Shown piece after piece: positions 62,580 through 64,000 of a stretch of DNA of 64,000 bases (position 1 is its first letter; every line of letters begins with the position of its first letter). Source of the stretch: Eledone cirrhosa (taxonomy: Eukaryota); assembly GCA_964016885.1 (NCBI GenBank), contig OZ024764.1, positions 15,438,001-15,502,000 of the forward strand, in the 5' to 3' direction. The notes beneath the pieces were generated by a model. It did no database searches. It had not been told where the DNA came from and was given only the letters and a program-made list of their open reading frames with translations. Position numbers and translations under genes: made by a program.

Positions 62580-63330
62580 ATGAATGTTTCTAATTTTGGC
62601 ACAAGGCCAGCAATTACCCCAGTACATTACTGGTACTTTATTTTATCGACCCCCCGTTAGGATGAAGGGCAAAGTTAACCCCGGCGGGATTTGAACTCAG
62701 ACCGTAAAGGGCCGTAACTCTATGCTGCAAAGCATGGCATCCGACCCTCTACCGATACTGCCAATCCCCCGCCCTAGTAGTAATAATAATAATAATGATA
62801 TAATAATAATAATAATAATAATAATATAGTAGGAATGTCATAAGTGCTGTAAATTGCCGAGCTATGCTTTGCGGCATAGAGTTACGGCCCTTGTCATTCT
62901 GGGTTCAAATCCCAGCGAGGTTAACTTTGCCTTTCGTCCTTACGGGGGTCGATAAAATAAAGTACCAGTAATACACTGGGGTAATTGCTGGCCTTGTGCC
63001 AAATGTAGAAACAATTGTTATAGGGTCAATAAAATAAAGTACCAGTAATACACTGGGGTAATTGCTGGCCTTGTGCCAAATGTAGAAACAATTGTTATAG
63101 GGTCAATAAAATAAAGTACCAGTAATACACTGGGGTAATTGCTGGCCTTGTGCCAAGTGTAGAAACAATTGTTATAGGGTCAATAAAATAAAGTACCAGT
63201 AATACACTGGGGTAATTGCTGGCCTTGTGCCAAATGTAGAAACAATTGTTATAGGGTCAATAAAATAAAGTACCAGTAATACACTGGGGTAATTGCTGGC
63301 CTTGTGCCTAACGTAGAAACATTTGTTAGG
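62580..63330. mobile_element. Head-to-head pair of Meta-like SINEs (- 62580-62775; + 62850-63020), with the 3' end of the + copy repeated as 77-bp units to ~63330
   Basis: Shared 'aaataaagtaccagtaatacactggggtaattgctggccttgtgcc'; period 63001 to 63078. Confidence 0.88.
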
Positions 63331-63561
63331 TACATGCAGGAATTATCAAATGGAATGTTACCGAACCAAAAGAAATGGATAGAAAGACTAGGGAGCTAAT
63401 GGCTACCTACAGCATGTTCCACTAAAGTGACGTTGATAGACTCCACTTAAAGAGATTTGAAGGTGGAAGAGGTCTTAACATAGAGGACTGTGTTCAGATG
63501 GAGAAGAGCAGTCTGCACACATATGTGGCTGAGAGTAGGGAGACAATGCTCAAAGTTGTAC

Positions 63562-64000
63562 TGAGGTGAGGGGAAGGTAAGATGAGGTAAGGTAATGTGA
63601 GGTGAGGTAATGTGAGGTGAGGTAATGTGATGTAGAGGTAAGGTAAGGTGATGTGATGTGATGTACAGGTAAGGTGAGGTGATGTGATGTGATGTGATAT
63701 ACAGGTAAGGTGAGGTGAGGTAAGGTGATGTACAGGTAAGGCAAGGAGATGTACAGGTAAGGTGAAGTAAGGTAACGTAACATAAGGTGATGTGAGGTAA
63801 GGTAACGTAACATAAGGTGATGTGAGGTAAGGTAACGTAACATAAGGTGATGTGAGGTAAGGTAACGTAACATAAGGTGATGTGAGGTAAGGTAAGGTAA
63901 CGTAACATAAGGTGATGTGAGGTAAGGTAACGTAACATAAGGTGATGTGAGGTAAGGTAAGGTAACGTAACATAAGGTGATGTGAGGTAAGGTAACGTAA
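63562..64000. repeat. Pentamer-based repeat resolving into a 30-bp unit
   Basis: ggtaacgtaacataaggtgatgtgaggtaa. Confidence 0.93.

Overview
AT-rich, repeat-dense eukaryotic genomic DNA. The (AT)n/(CA)n microsatellite load and the mix of tRNA-derived SINEs and RTE LINEs suggest an octopod cephalopod (inference from sequence style, no database check). Three protein-coding units are supported. (1) A 5-exon + strand gene (10794-28045, 295 aa), rebuilt by hand from phase-consistent GT-AG junctions, encoding a secreted protein with a Cys-containing N-terminal module and a Trp/Cys-rich C-terminal domain; the ORF track misses it as a unit. (2) An LRRC59 homolog with an uninterrupted CDS (44537-45694, -). 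(3) A ~2.2-kb terminal coding exon of an unidentified low-complexity protein (59433-61603, -). The very long ORFs (978, 3197, 1263, 783 aa etc.) are artefacts of minisatellites whose period is a multiple of 3. Main observations: an inverted pair of type-I hammerhead ribozyme motifs in a Penelope-like inverted repeat (7284-7592); one ~48-bp SINE-internal module present as 1, 2, ~16, ~26 and ~186 tandem copies; several other arrays that grew from inside other mobile elements; and nested higher-order repeats (48/240/720/3792 bp) in a 9-kb intronic satellite. Copy numbers and element boundaries are approximate hand estimates.
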